From positions 1-64,000 of the forward strand of contig JAVECO010000069.1 of assembly GCA_051942205.1 (NCBI GenBank): a stretch of 64,000 nt of DNA. The letters are read 5' to 3'. Shown here piece by piece: positions 36,511-48,979 of the stretch; positions within the stretch are counted from its first letter, which is position 1, and every line of letters begins with the position of its first letter. Source of the stretch: Coniocarpon cinnabarinum. Taxonomy: Eukaryota. The notes under the pieces were generated by a model, which worked only from the letters and a program-made list of their open reading frames with translations, did no database searches and was not told where the DNA came from. The position numbers and the translations under genes were made by a program.

Positions 36511-37585
36511 ATGGTCGTTTACTTGCGCACCTCTTCTGGTAGAAATCACCATCTATTCACGTGCATTGCTTGCGGTCATGAACTTCACAGCATAGGTAGT
36601 GCCGGCCGAGGTATGCGTCTTTCCAGGCAAGCACCCCTAGTTCATTCCGTTCCGTCAGAAGTTGACGGTAGGCTTCTTCGCCGACATGGGCAACGTCTAT
36701 CCTCAGGATGAATACGTCGAACAACTTCCAAGCCCACCTCGTTTGGTGGTGCCTCCTCCGCAACCGTCAGGCCAGGAGATCAAGCTGAAGTCGATCCCGA
36801 CCCAGCCTCATGGTGTTTTTCAAGGCGTACCAATCGACACCTCTTACATTCGATCCGAATGGGGAAGCTGGGAATATTCTGACCGCCAACGCGCTCAAAC
36901 GATCCTTCCATGTCTGCTGCTGGGACCTTTTGGAGTTGCGAGAAATCCTCAGTTCATGCAGAGTGAAGGCATTTCCATGGTCGTAGCAATTGTCTTCACT
37001 CGACCCGGACAGGCGCCTATGAGTCCAGCAGCGATCCGGGCGGCGCAGGAGCACGGTCTCGATACCTACATCGCGTCGGCCTTCAGCAACCAGGACCTCA
37101 TTGCACGCTTCCCAGACACTTCGCGAGCCATTCATAAGCATTTAAATGCCCGCAAGAACTCCGATGTCGGTCCTGGCAAGGTTTTTGTCTGCTGCTCGAG
37201 CGGCAACGAGCTGTCAGCAGCTGTAGTCGTTGCGTATCTGCTGGAAGCCACGGAACTCGGACTCATCCCTGCCATTCAATTGGTACAGTACCAGCGCTTT
37301 TGCATCAATCTGGACGACGCCATGAAGCACACTCTGCAGGCGTATGAGGACATCGTACAAGCACGCAGGGAAGTTAAGAACGACCCATCCGTGGCGCACG
37401 TGCCTCGAAGACAATCCATCATGTGCAATACCCCTGTGAACAGCAGTGTGTTTGCTCGCCGCGGTTCCAAGCGGACGCTGGATGATGAAGATGATCACGT
37501 TGAGATGGACGGAGACTCAACCATGACGGACGGCACGGACAAGGCCCACACCTCTCGCGCTTTTGCTCCTTTTTCTGGTGGATGA
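36511..37585 (+). CDS. Dual-specificity phosphatase-fold protein, probably a pseudophosphatase (STYX-like)
   Basis: Motifs AQTILPCLLLGP, GKVFVCCSSGNELSAAVVVAYLL and AIQLVQYQRFCI. Intron 36611-36671 (GTATGC..TTGAC..TAG) joins ATG 36511 in frame. The start could instead be ATG 36687. Confidence 0.8.
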
Positions 37586-37826
37586 GCCTGGTGTCACCTC
37601 ACTGGAAGTGCAATACTTTGCCTGGGAATCAGAATAGGCGTAAAACCTTCTGCTCGCTTGTAGAATGAAGCGGGATCTGGTGGATACGTGCACAAGGATT
37701 CTCTTCGCGCGCAAAAGAGACTACCCGCACTATCGCATTTGCAAAAATAGGCCTAGGTGTCCAGTAGAAATGGCTTCACTTGCAAAGGCCTATCTGGATG
37801 ACACGGCTTGTCACAACCCTGTTTAC

Positions 37827-39486
37827 CTACTGAAAGCTCATACTTAATATGTCAGGGTACCTAGCATCCACGTCCAAGATCATTTGGCCAAAGAGGCCGT
37901 TTGCCCAACTAACTATGGCATACAGAGTCAGCTACCGCCTTCAAAGCTGCCGCTTTTCAGAACTTACACCACTGTCGCGTCCAATCACTAACATTGTAGT
38001 TGTTGACACTTTCATGGATCAAGCCATATCCATCCGTACTACTGACTAGAGCTTGGAGCACGCTCGAGATCTCCGTGTCGTTGTCACTGGTCAGTGCTTG
38101 CACAATCTTTGCCATTGGCCAAACGTAGCCCGGGCCATTGTGAGGACCTCCAATACTGGACAATGCCGGACCCGACGCATAGTACGGATTGCCATTGGAA
38201 AGCACTTTGGCTCTGGTCGCCTGGTACGTGGCATCTGATGAATCTGTGAAGTTCAGGAACGGCAGGCTCAGCAAGCTCGGAATATTCGCGTCGCTGCAGA
38301 TATGGTCAGTAATCCAGTCCCGTGGCAAGCGCGGTAAAATCAATGCCACTCACTCCATCAGATTCTGACTTCCGTACCCATCAACCTCGAATGCATACAC
38401 GTCCGTATCCGTGGTAGGATCATGCCCGATGCCAACCTTGCCCAACGCGTCCTTGATACTGGCGCTCATGCTCGTCATCTGTGCCTGTAAATCGCTATTC
38501 CCAATCGCGCCCATAATCTCCGCCCCTGCATCCAAGTACACACTAAACATCGCATTGGCCGGAACGAACAGCTGATAAATGCAGGAATCGTCACTCGGCC
38601 TGAACGCGCTCCTCACCAGTCCACTGCCGCGCGCCACAGGATTCCCCGCCCCGCTGTTATCCAGCGTCTCCGTGGCGCTCGTCGTCGTTCGTTCAAACGT
38701 ATACGGACTCATGTTCACGGTGCCGTTTGCGGTATACGTCGGCTGCATCATGCTATTGGCGACGTTCAGCACCGCTTGCACCGCATCCTGCCACTGGAAT
38801 TGGGCGAAGAACTGGCCATCTCCCGTCCCGCGGTAGTAGTCGCTGCTCACTTCTAGAAACGCTGCCAAGCTGTCAAGCTCGTACTTGCATTCGAACACGG
38901 TGGCATTGTCGTACGGCGGCACGACCATATCCATGTTTGCGGCGCCGTTTTGGGCAGGCGGGATGTTGGCTTCGACCGGTGGCTGGAAGGACTGACAGTA
39001 CGGAAAGGAGAGCAGGTACCGGCTTTGCAGGTTAATGACGCCGCGGTAGAGACTGGCGAGGCTGTTGGGGTCGTTACTCGCGCTTAAGACCGGGAGGTAT
39101 GACTGCATCTGGTTTGCCGAGTCGCGCAGCCACATGGCGTTGATATCGCCGGTGATCACAAACGTCAGCTCCTCTTCGGAGTTGTTGGCGGCATAGCCCT
39201 TCCATCGGATGGCCGTGTCGAGCGTATTGGGGTAGGCGTTTGTGAAGAGCTGGCGCAGATCGGGGTCCGTGATCGCGCCTTGCAGTCGTGTAACCGTATC
39301 CTCGACGACCGAACTGTTGAAAGTGCGACAGGCTGGGTCTGGTCGCTGCGAGGAGAGATTATAGCGGCCTGTGCTGAAGGGTGCGTGGTACTGTTGGGAG
39401 TAGTCGCTGTAGTCGGGACATTGGGCGTGGACTGATGTGGAAAATGCGAGGAGTGAGAGCGCGGTGGTTAGACGAGTATAGTACAT
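37827..39486 (-). CDS. Secreted GH125 family glycoside hydrolase (exo-alpha-1,6-mannosidase / Mug157-like), 514 aa
   Basis: Signal peptide, then [52 protein letters not shown] and TRQWFSWAN. Exons 39486-38354, 38293-37968 and 37912-37827 join in frame. Confidence 0.92.
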
Positions 39487-40383
39487 GCTGATGCACGTAT
39501 CCGTGTGATACAAGATCTCGCTGAGACGATCTCACTGACAGGCGTAATTAGTAAATGCAAGTGTCCAGCACCCCGTTCCTGTGTCCGTCGTGTGATGTTC
39601 AATACATTAATCCACTGCATACATTCATCAATTAGACCAACAGGAAGGACACTTTTCAAGAACAAAATGTAAATCCAATGCTGTCGATTCCTCACCCCCT
39701 CAAACCACCGTCAGCAGACCATCGTAAACAAAAGCCTCCTCGCTCTGACGTATGGCACCCATGGTGTGCGTGCAGAGATCGGACCGTTCGTCATAGCGTC
39801 GCATCGGGTCCTTGCAGCGAGGGCACTGAGGGGTACCAGCTGCCAGCTCCCCTGTCAGACGTGAGATCATCGCCGGCACGCGTGAAGCTGTGGTGTAGCG
39901 TTCCCCAGATCTGAGGAGGGAGCTGCTGTTTCGGGCATGGTCTGTATCTGTCAATGGCAGACAGCTATTAATGTGAGCATCGAATGGGCACGAGGAATCA
40001 TTGCGGCCCTGATTTGAGCACACAATGCGCATGCGCAATAATGCAGAGGAGTCTGTCAGTCCTTCCAAAGGTTGGAACATCGTTGCAGAGTTTGGTATTT
40101 GACTTGCGTCGCATTGTCCCGTGACTACTCAGGACATCTGTGGTATCTACATCTCTTTTGCTTTTCTAATTAAACATCTACTATACATCCAGCTGGATCC
40201 GTCATACACTCAGTCGACTCGTTACCTGTGTTCAGGAGGCTGTTTAGCGCCCCTTGGTGGCACAGATTGACACTCATGTTTTATACAAAACGAAACCAGT
40301 CGACAAGACTTTTTCTGATTAGAGCTTTCCGCTGCTCTGTTGCTTTTCATATATGCTGCTAAATGAGATTGGTTTTAATTTTG

Positions 40384-43170
40384 CTAATGAGTGACAATGG
40401 GTTGATTGTTCGTTATGGTGTTCGCCTGAGGTGGCGTAGGCGGCAGGGGCGCCGATGGCGGCTTGGATGGAGGTGCTGACCCGAGTCGAGGCAAACCTGA
40501 TGTTCTCCGCCCACCTCGAATGGGCGGCCGCACGACCGGCACCAAAACCGAATTGCGATTCTTCGTGCCGGAGTGTGCGTACGGTGCAACTCCCAATGGC
40601 TTCTTGTCTGCATTCTTGGTAGGGTCAGTCGTAGAGATGGCCAGATCCCTGCGAGAGGTGGCCAAAAATGGTGCGAAGTCTTTTTTTATTTGTATACTGG
40701 GAGGACGACGTAGTGGACGATCTAAAGACGGTGGAATAGTGGGTGAGTGCGCCGAAACATTTGTAGCTGGCGCTTGGAGTGTTGCACCACTCTGAGTGGT
40801 AGGACTTCCGAGCGGCGAGGATACTCGTCCACTCGATGGAATGAAAGTCGAGTCGCGATGGGCCGTGGTAGGAGACTTGAGCTCTTTCCGCACCTCTAGC
40901 TCCTGGTCCTCGAGAACGGGGTCGTGAACTCTCACGGAGGTTCGCTCACTGGCTGTCGGAGTCGTAGCGAAAGACGTGATCTGCAGAGGAAGTGGTGCTT
41001 TTGAGCGAAAGGATGCGCGACTCTTGTGCTTCTCGGGCAGAGAAGTAGATGAACCCGTGCGAAGCTGACCAGGACGAAGTGAAGAATCGCGCACTGGCAA
41101 GGGAGGTCGCGTGCGTAGGGGCGGCGACAGCTTGCGAATATGCTGGCTTTGCTGCGCGAAGGCGTTTCCGGCGGGGTAGCGGGCTGAAAAAGTATCAGTA
41201 GACGCGTTGCCAGAACGGCTCAAGAAGTAATTGGATTGTTCCGTGCCTGCCACAAGAGAAGGCAGTCCTGTCGCTGATTGGGTCTGACGCAGCATCGAAG
41301 TGGAGTCTATGGCAAGTCCCAAGGTTGATTCGTCTGCGAAGAGGTGACTGTGGCCATCTGGTGTTGACATGCTGGAGGAGCCAACATCATCTGAAGCTAC
41401 TGGTTCTTGTCTCGACTTGGGTTTTGATGGTGACACATCAAATTGCATAGGGGTTGTGGCTGGCGTAAAGAAAGGTGCTTCGGGAGATTCTTTATGCGAT
41501 CGTGTTGATTTTGGCGATTCTCTCTGGTTATCAGGAGAAGGATGACTCTGGCTCGGACTGTCTGCTAGACTGAAGCTCCCATCGGTCACACTTGGCGTGA
41601 GCGGTGGTATGGCAGTATTCGGCGGCTGTTGAGGCACGTCGATCGTCGTGGCTTCGCTGTCACGCCGTTCAAGGTTGTGGACGTGCTTGGAGGCAGTGGA
41701 CGAACTAGAGGGGACGCGGGAAACCTTTTGCAATTCCGGAGTATTCTTGCAGTTCGCTTGATAGCGCGACGAACGACTTGATGATTGATCGCCAGCCAAT
41801 GTGGTGCCGCTGCTGATGTAGCCCGAATCCAGAAATGTGGGGGACGTTGGAGCAGAGGGAGGAAAGGGTAATGGCTTGAGGGGTGACGGTGGCAACGAAA
41901 GATTGCTCTGCTCCATCGCACGGGGGACGGTTAAGACTCGAGGGGTAAGATTCTGCTGGCCTTGGTCCTCCCTTTCTGTTGTTAACCTTCCAGCAGGAGA
42001 TTGAACTCGTTGTGCGCGGTTGAACTCGAGAATTTCCCGTCGGATCGTCACCAACCACTCATTCATTCTTGCAGGCGAATCCACTACTAGAAGCATGCTC
42101 TTGACTGCAGTCTTCTTGGCCTTCGTTGTGGGCAGTAGTCTGCTCAGAAACGACTTCTCGCTCGAAAACGGGTTGACCTCGCTGTCTGAAGCCGTCTGCA
42201 ATATCTGGATTACCCAGTGTTTTCCCGGAATGGCATCACAAGCGAAAGCAACAGACTTTGGATTGAGCTTAAGAGTCTTCTCTGGAACACGATCTTGCGA
42301 TCCTTCGCTGCTGTACTGCAGGACATAACCAGATGCTGAGAGGATATAGATCTTTCGTGTTGATTGGTGAGTGCTTGCATCCCGACTTCCAGGTTGAGCG
42401 CCAGACACGGAACGCTGAGCTGATGGTCGACGAAGTCCCTGCCTGGACGGCTTCAGCCGAGACATAGGACCTTCAGCGGACGTGGAAGAGTCGGCGCCTT
42501 TACGCTTGGGGCGGGGAAGACGCAAGGTATGATGGTCTGGATCTTCGAGCTCAGCATGCATAATCGACTGTGAATAGGCCTGAGCGAGCGGCGGAGGTGT
42601 CCAGCTGGCCAGTCGCGGCGATGGAGGGGGATCTGCACGTGGTAGGGGGTCAAGATTGACAGTTGGATGCGCAACCGCAGCCTGTTGACTACCACTGTGG
42701 GCGGTAGGTGTTGCCAAATTCTCCGAATCCTGTACGTCAACCTTTTCGCCCTCCGAAGATACTTGGCGTGACAAGGAAGGTTGGACTTGCAAATGCCGGG
42801 TGTCCGGGATGCTTGGACGACTGAAATTGGGAGCATGTCTCGGTCCGTTTGGCCGGGACGAAGGCGTGTCTTGTGCCTCATCCGTCACGTCGACTTTGGA
42901 CGAGTTCAGCAGACCAAAGAAGGTCGACTTCGTTTTGACCCTTTTCGAGGAACTGGAACCGGCGGGACTTCCAGGCTTTGTGCGCGACGAAGAGCCACGA
43001 CGGCTCGAGGAGGGGCGAAGGTCTGGAGTAGACTTGGACGCTGGTGGCAGGCGGGGACTGTGGACTTGAAGGAGAGTGTCATTGAAGGAGGTCTTGAGAA
43101 GAGGGAGTGGTGGGAGCTCGCGGCGTGCAGCGAGTGAGCTTGGCTGTGCGGCCGCCATGTCGAGAGACAT
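40384..43170 (-). CDS. PH-domain protein with long disordered, Pro-rich flanks, 928 aa
   Basis: PH-like core KIYILSASGYVLQY..RVPEKTLKL..AFACDAIPGKHWVIQI..RMNEWLVTIRREI. C-terminal PPSKPPSAPLPPTPP. Confidence 0.75.
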   Translation of the reverse strand: MSLDMAAAQPSSLAARRELPPLPLLKTSFNDTLLQVHSPRLPPASKSTPDLRPSSSRRGSSSRTKPGSPAGSSSSKRVKTKSTFFGLLNSSKVDVTDEAQDTPSSRPNGPRHAPNFSRPSIPDTRHLQVQPSLSRQVSSEGEKVDVQDSENLATPTAHSGSQQAAVAHPTVNLDPLPRADPPPSPRLASWTPPPLAQAYSQSIMHAELEDPDHHTLRLPRPKRKGADSSTSAEGPMSRLKPSRQGLRRPSAQRSVSGAQPGSRDASTHQSTRKIYILSASGYVLQYSSEGSQDRVPEKTLKLNPKSVAFACDAIPGKHWVIQILQTASDSEVNPFSSEKSFLSRLLPTTKAKKTAVKSMLLVVDSPARMNEWLVTIRREILEFNRAQRVQSPAGRLTTEREDQGQQNLTPRVLTVPRAMEQSNLSLPPSPLKPLPFPPSAPTSPTFLDSGYISSGTTLAGDQSSSRSSRYQANCKNTPELQKVSRVPSSSSTASKHVHNLERRDSEATTIDVPQQPPNTAIPPLTPSVTDGSFSLADSPSQSHPSPDNQRESPKSTRSHKESPEAPFFTPATTPMQFDVSPSKPKSRQEPVASDDVGSSSMSTPDGHSHLFADESTLGLAIDSTSMLRQTQSATGLPSLVAGTEQSNYFLSRSGNASTDTFSARYPAGNAFAQQSQHIRKLSPPLRTRPPLPVRDSSLRPGQLRTGSSTSLPEKHKSRASFRSKAPLPLQITSFATTPTASERTSVRVHDPVLEDQELEVRKELKSPTTAHRDSTFIPSSGRVSSPLGSPTTQSGATLQAPATNVSAHSPTIPPSLDRPLRRPPSIQIKKDFAPFLATSRRDLAISTTDPTKNADKKPLGVAPYAHSGTKNRNSVLVPVVRPPIRGGRRTSGLPRLGSAPPSKPPSAPLPPTPPQANTITNNQPIVTH

Positions 43171-45622
43171 TGGACAGAATGAGTGAGGTGGAGGAAAGGA
43201 CAGAAGCAGAGCCTGCGAGCCGGGCTAAGCAGTGCTCATTTGACCCCGATGCATCTTCTCGCAGGAGCGACGAGAGCTGTTTCTTGTCTTTCCGAAGCTC
43301 CAGAAGGGCTATAGAGACGGTGAGAGAGAGGGCGAGAAAAGAGCTAGAGCAGAGACGTTGGAGTGGCAGCTGGGGGCATTGGAAGGCGATGCGGTGAGAA
43401 AGGCGAGTAGATGCTTGCGGAAAGGAGGGCGTGATTCGGGGACTGGTCGGTTTGGGGGCCGTGTGATAGTGGAAAGGACCGTGAGGAAGAAGAGGCGTGA
43501 GGTGAGGTTGGGTGTCGGCGAGCGTGTGAGGGTTGTTCAGGTGTGAGCGTGTGGGCGGTCGGCAGGTAGGTTAGATAATAGCGTGTGGGATGACGATAAA
43601 AGGGCAAGGCGAAGAGCCGAAAAGGTACCAAGACCGTATATTGTCGCCAGCGCTCAGCAACCACGGCGCGCAAGCAATGGGTCCAACGGCGAGCGTGACG
43701 AGCTCGTGGAAGGGTTTCGCGGGCCTGACTCAATGGAGAGGGCTGGCGGGCTGGCGGGCTGGGAGGCGTGAAGGGTGCTCAGGTGAGGTTCTGTTGCTGA
43801 CCTTTTTGAGTAGCAGACAACCTTCAGGTGCTAGGGGAGGCCAGTGGGACAAGCGATTGGCGCGCTGGAGCGTGGTAAGCTACCGACGCCGTACCGTGGC
43901 TGCCCACCTCTTAGCCCAGATCCGTCGCTGCGTCTTTTTCTCTTCCGCTGCGAAAAATCAATCAACGACCATCCCTGCTCCAACGCTTAAAATGCTCTCA
44001 CTCACTGCGCGCCCGGCCGTCGGTCTGCCGTCATGCTCGCTGTTAATTTCGACGGGGCAGGTTCGTCTTGCCAGCGAGGCGCCCAGCCTGTCGACAGGAA
44101 GCGGGGTGGGGGGCCCAGCTCACTGCCGGCACCAGACTCCCGACGCAGCATCCCTGTCTGACTGGTCGCAATGAGGCCAACTTCTTTCCCATTTCCCCCC
44201 GTCACAAGCGCGATTGGGCTGCTGCGCGCGTCGAGGGCCCTCCGCAGGCGTCGCAGCGGCCGAGTCAAGCACGCACGATCAATACCCAACGGGCGTGGTG
44301 GTGATGCCGGATTGAGAGGAGCGTTGGGCGATCGCAGCCACTTGGGCGATGGCGTGGCGTGTTCCTGCATTCGGAGCTTTCTCGACAGCAGCGGTGCCGC
44401 GGGTCGAGTCAAGCTTAAATTCCATAGTGCCATCTCCCTCCCCACGGCCCCTGCGGCGTTGACGCCGCGCTCGCACCGTCGCCTCCACTCGTTGACGCGT
44501 TCAAATGCCTATTCTTCTCCGTACTCCTGAGCGAGGCGGGCAGCAGGGCCTCTTCTTGCATGTGAGGGCCGGTGCCGCGTGCTCGGCCTTGACACGAACT
44601 GTGCGGGGCGCAGTCGGTGAGATACGCCGTACTGTGCCCGCTGTTGCAGCAGCAGCACCACAACCAACGCAGCTTTCACGAGCAGGTCAATACAGAGTGA
44701 CACCAGTCGACGCGATGCTGTGCGACCTCGGGCCTGCCCTTCTTCGGCCGCAGGAGACAGGTTGTCTGCTGGAAATGTACCTGCGTCTGCCCTCAGGATT
44801 CCAAATTCTGCGCCGCATTCCAGAAAAGATCTAGAGGTACTTTGTCGGTGTACTGTGGGGTAGACTACGCATTGATGCTCGGCTCTGCTCGCCCGCTGCT
44901 GGCTTGCATCATCTGGACTCCCTGTCAGTCTCCATCCCAATGGAATAATGCATGCACGACCATTCTTGGCAGGCACCCCTCCCCTTTCCCACCTACCCCA
45001 GCCATTGGCCGTTGGCCATTATCCCATAACCCTGATAGGTGGCCCTACAGACTGGTTAGCAGGGTGCGACTTCCAAATGTGTCTCAATGTTGACGTGGAT
45101 GACGAGGATATCGCAGTCGCGACGATGCTGTTAAGCGCCATGGCGCCTACGTTCATTGCATACAAGCATTCACGGGTCCACCATAGGACCGATTACTCGG
45201 ACGTCGCAACGGCGATGCTTCGATCACTTAATTGTAGCCAGTCTTTATCAAGTAATCAATGTGCGGGGTACAGTAGAGTGATGCATTGAAGACAACGGAC
45301 AAGGTGGAAGAGATGGGGCGGGGAGCCAAAGACCCAAATTCATTGACGTTGACGTGAGACGAGGTCTTGGTACACCGGGTGATCTTCATTGTCAGCGGCC
45401 TGGGCGATACTTATCAGATCACTGTGAGGTCCTAAGCCAGTCCAGTTCGAAACTAATCGCAAATTTCCTTGAGAACGTGAACCATTTTGCGATAACCTTG
45501 TGCAGGTTTCGATGTCCTCGACGAACGCCTTTAGTAACAATTTGGAGAACGTGAACAACAGCAAATTCGTCATTCCTAGCACCATCCAACAGCGCCGGTG
45601 CTTCGACTCATTGAAGGGTGTG

Positions 45623-46339
45623 CTACGGAATCGCTGATTTCACTGTATGCTCGGACTCAGATACGTCTTCAAGGCTCGGGGAGCATTCGGGAATTGTTGC
45701 AAGCTGGGAGGGCTCTTCTTCCATGTAGGCGATGGCCGCGTCGAGAGCTTGGTAAAGCGGGTCCATGTGGTCTTTCCATGAACGCAGTTCTTCCTCCAGG
45801 TATTCATTTTGAAGTCGCAACCGTTGATTTTCTCCCGCCAATGCCAGAATGACGTCTTTTTCATCGATTCTCTTCACGCCAGGATCTTTCCACTCGGTGA
45901 CAACGCTCTGCGCGCGCGACGAAGGATCGAGCTTCTTGTGGACTCCTTTGTTGTGGACCTGTGAGCCTACGATGCGATTAAAGTGTTTTTCTTGTGTTTG
46001 AAGACTTTCAAGACGCTGTGCAAGACGCGCAGCTTCTTCCACCAAACATTTCTTGGCGAGCGTGCCTTGTACTGCGTGGGACCGTAGTTGATCAAGATCT
46101 TTCTTCATATCGCTCGTAGAGCACTTTAGCTGTTCAAAGTCCTCCTGTAGCTCCTCTTCGACGTGGGACTGTGCCGTAAAGCGGTCTCCTGAAGCGCCAA
46201 GCTGCTGGAGTGAGTTTGAAATTTTGTTCGCACCAACGGCTAACCGATTGACCTGTGCAAGCACTTTGCGTCGGTCTGGCTGCCATCCCGCCTGGCCTCC
46301 ATTTCTCTGTGCAGTGGCGGTGCGAGGAGGCATTGACAT
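45623..46339 (-). CDS. Hypothetical coiled-coil protein, 238 aa (boundaries uncertain)
   Basis: ATG-initiated ORF with heptad-like segments (LAGENQRLRLQNEYLEEELRSW). No family recognised. Confidence 0.55.
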   Translation of the reverse strand: MSMPPRTATAQRNGGQAGWQPDRRKVLAQVNRLAVGANKISNSLQQLGASGDRFTAQSHVEEELQEDFEQLKCSTSDMKKDLDQLRSHAVQGTLAKKCLVEEAARLAQRLESLQTQEKHFNRIVGSQVHNKGVHKKLDPSSRAQSVVTEWKDPGVKRIDEKDVILALAGENQRLRLQNEYLEEELRSWKDHMDPLYQALDAAIAYMEEEPSQLATIPECSPSLEDVSESEHTVKSAIP

Positions 46340-47219
46340 GTCTAGGGGAGAGGACTTATCACGTACACTTACCGCCCTCGGCGTTTCCGAGTGGATTTGA
46401 TAAGACGTAGCCGCACGTTACGAGGAGCTGGAAGCGTTGAATAAGCATGTATCGAGGAGTGAAGATGGCCGTCAAGATATCCAAAGGCTAGATGGATAGA
46501 TCCGGCGTGGCCACCTTCCACCTTGTAGAATGGCAGCACTCCACGCATTTTGGTACTAAAGCCTACAGCTGACACTTGCCTTGCATGCTGTTGACATCTC
46601 CCAACTGTGAGGAGCATGATGAATGAAAACAGACGTGGTTCATTTTGATTGCTGGCTAGCAACTAAGCCTCGAATGGGGACACGCGCTCGCGCCAGCGAA
46701 TGCAAGCCAACGAAGCCTCTCACTAAGAAAACGAGCATCTTCATAGAATCTCCTCCACCTTTATTGATCATGTAGACAGAGCCATGGCTTTCAACAGGGC
46801 AGCGTTCCTTGAACGAAGCTCAAGCAACAAGCGAAGAAGGGCAGGCTGCTGATTCTTAGAGGGGAGTCACGAAAATCACGTGCTATAATCGCATCCAGAA
46901 AGGGTAAATTGTGGGGAAAGATGTCAGACTTAAACAAGCGCTGCTCCCGTCCCACCTCTACGTGTATTGGCCAATCAGCTATGACGGACAGCTTCTCCTT
47001 AATCGAGGATGTTGTTTATTTCACGCTCGTCTTCCCCCTTCCGCCTCGACAATTCACTCTTTTACCTGTTCTTCGCGGGGTCGCGTCTCTCATTTGTGTG
47101 TGAGGGCTCAATGGTCTTTTGCCGCTCGTTACCGTAATCACCAAGTGCACTATCCTTAATCGTAATTTCTAGTCGAATGATACCCCTACAGCCTCTTGAA
47201 TTATACACCAAGGACGCCC

Positions 47220-48751
47220 ATGGCAGTATCCATGCTCGCTCAACAGCGACCAGCACCTCCGACATGTTCCACACCAGACGCTCTTTGCAGATCTGCGACG
47301 CCTACGATCAACTTCCACAATGCACCTCTACCAGACAACCGATCACTATCACTCCTGCACGATCGTGAGATTTCACGCCCCAGTTCCACAGTATCCCTGC
47401 ATTCGTCCAGTCGCTTGGCGCAACCACCTTCAAACATACACGCAGAAAGGAGACACTCAGTGCAATTGCCCGGGCTTGCAGTGCTTGCGCAGGCTGCAGA
47501 CGGGGAACGCAAAGGGTGAGCTGCCTCCCTATATGACTGGAGGTCTTACTTAGGGTTGCCAAGGCTATCCTGCATTTTGGCCACACCTCACGCCCATTCA
47601 AGTTGAGTCCATCTTACTGACGTCGAGGCTCGCCTCAATGCAGGACTCCCCCTCCCTCCACTGCGCAGTTGCCGCAGATCAGCATGAACTACGCAAATAG
47701 CTCGGGTCAGACTAGCAACGTCCCGAGTGCACCGGTACGTCAACTGGCCTTGTCGATATGGGACATTGTTATCGATACGTAGCCGTCCCACTTTCCATGA
47801 TCTGCCACTGACGGACCATCCTTTCAGCCATCCTGTCAGAACTGTCACACGTTGACAACGCCTCTGTGGAGGCGCGATGACGCGGGATCCGTTCTTTGCA
47901 ATGCGTGCGGCCTCTTCTTGAAACTTCATGGCAGGCCGCGTCCCATCTCCCTCAAGACCGACGTCATCAAGAGCCGGAATCGTGTCAAGAATCCTGCTGG
48001 TCCTCTTTCCACCGCCATCGTGGGCCAAGATAGTTCAGGCGCGGCAAATGGTCAACAGGTCATAAATGGTGCAGCTGCACCAAAACAATTCAGTGGTGTC
48101 AGCCTGGCTGCCGCGCATCCCGATGTTGCGAGCAATCCCAACCATTACGAACGACTTGCTCAACAGACCACAAATATCCAACCAGACGCTCATCTGCAGC
48201 CTCCCTCGCACCACCTTGGCCCTATCGCTGCCTCTCAGCCAAATAGTCGAAGCACAACCCCATCGAATATCGCGCCATCTCATCTATTTGAGAGCTCACT
48301 CATCGATACTTCAAATGTCTCCGGCATTACCCCTCCACCAGGTACTACGGTACCGTTAGCTAACATGAGATCAATGACACCCAGTCTGCTGCAAGATGGT
48401 GACAACGGAATTTCTATCCAGGCCTTGATCCGCACAAATGGCGAATTGAAGACGCGAGTTGCTGAACTTGAGGTCATACAGGATCTCTATCGTAGCCGCG
48501 TGAGCGAGCTTGAGGAAAGCGAAGACGCAAGCCGAAAAAGAGCCGAGGCACTGGAGCAGGAGCTTCAGCAATTAAAGAGCACGGCAGAAGAGCTGCGGGG
48601 AAGTAGCTCAAAGCGAAGAGCGGAAGAAGAGGCTTTAGAAGACCTTGCTTTCCCCGAGCCAAAAAGAACACGTCTGCTGGACTCGGACGTGAATGATGAG
48701 GCGGCGTCGCTGTTGACGTCCCACAGTGACACTGTGGACACTCTGGCATGA
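47220..48751 (+). CDS. areB: GATA transcription factor AreB/Asd4 type (single zinc finger plus C-terminal leucine zipper)
   Basis: Finger [50 protein letters not shown] and zipper [23 protein letters not shown]. Exons 47220-47515, 47644-47734 and 47828-48751 join in frame (436 aa). An internal ATG at 47684 would give 324 aa. Confidence 0.88.
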
Positions 48752-48979
48752 CATCGTCTGCGCCCAGGCGAGGGAACGAATCTTGCCGTTCTATCATTTG
48801 ACGAACTTGACGAGTACCTAAATTTCGAAAAGAGCGTTAATCAGAGATGCTCCTACATAGCTATACTTCAGCTCACAGTACACGTTTGCGCAGCTGTGAC
48901 TGAGATAATGTAATACCATTTGCTTAACCACATTGCAGCATGTCTTCCCATCCCCCTGTGCAATTTTGTCCCATGGTTC

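Noticed and set aside
43344..45585. Many 60-190 aa ORFs upstream of the PH-domain gene
   Set aside because: They overlap each other in GC-rich sequence, have no motifs, and give no consistent exon model.
48749..48913. areB TGA-C followed by 53 open codons
   Set aside because: This length can arise by chance, the strong readthrough motif is absent, and the extension has no targeting signal.
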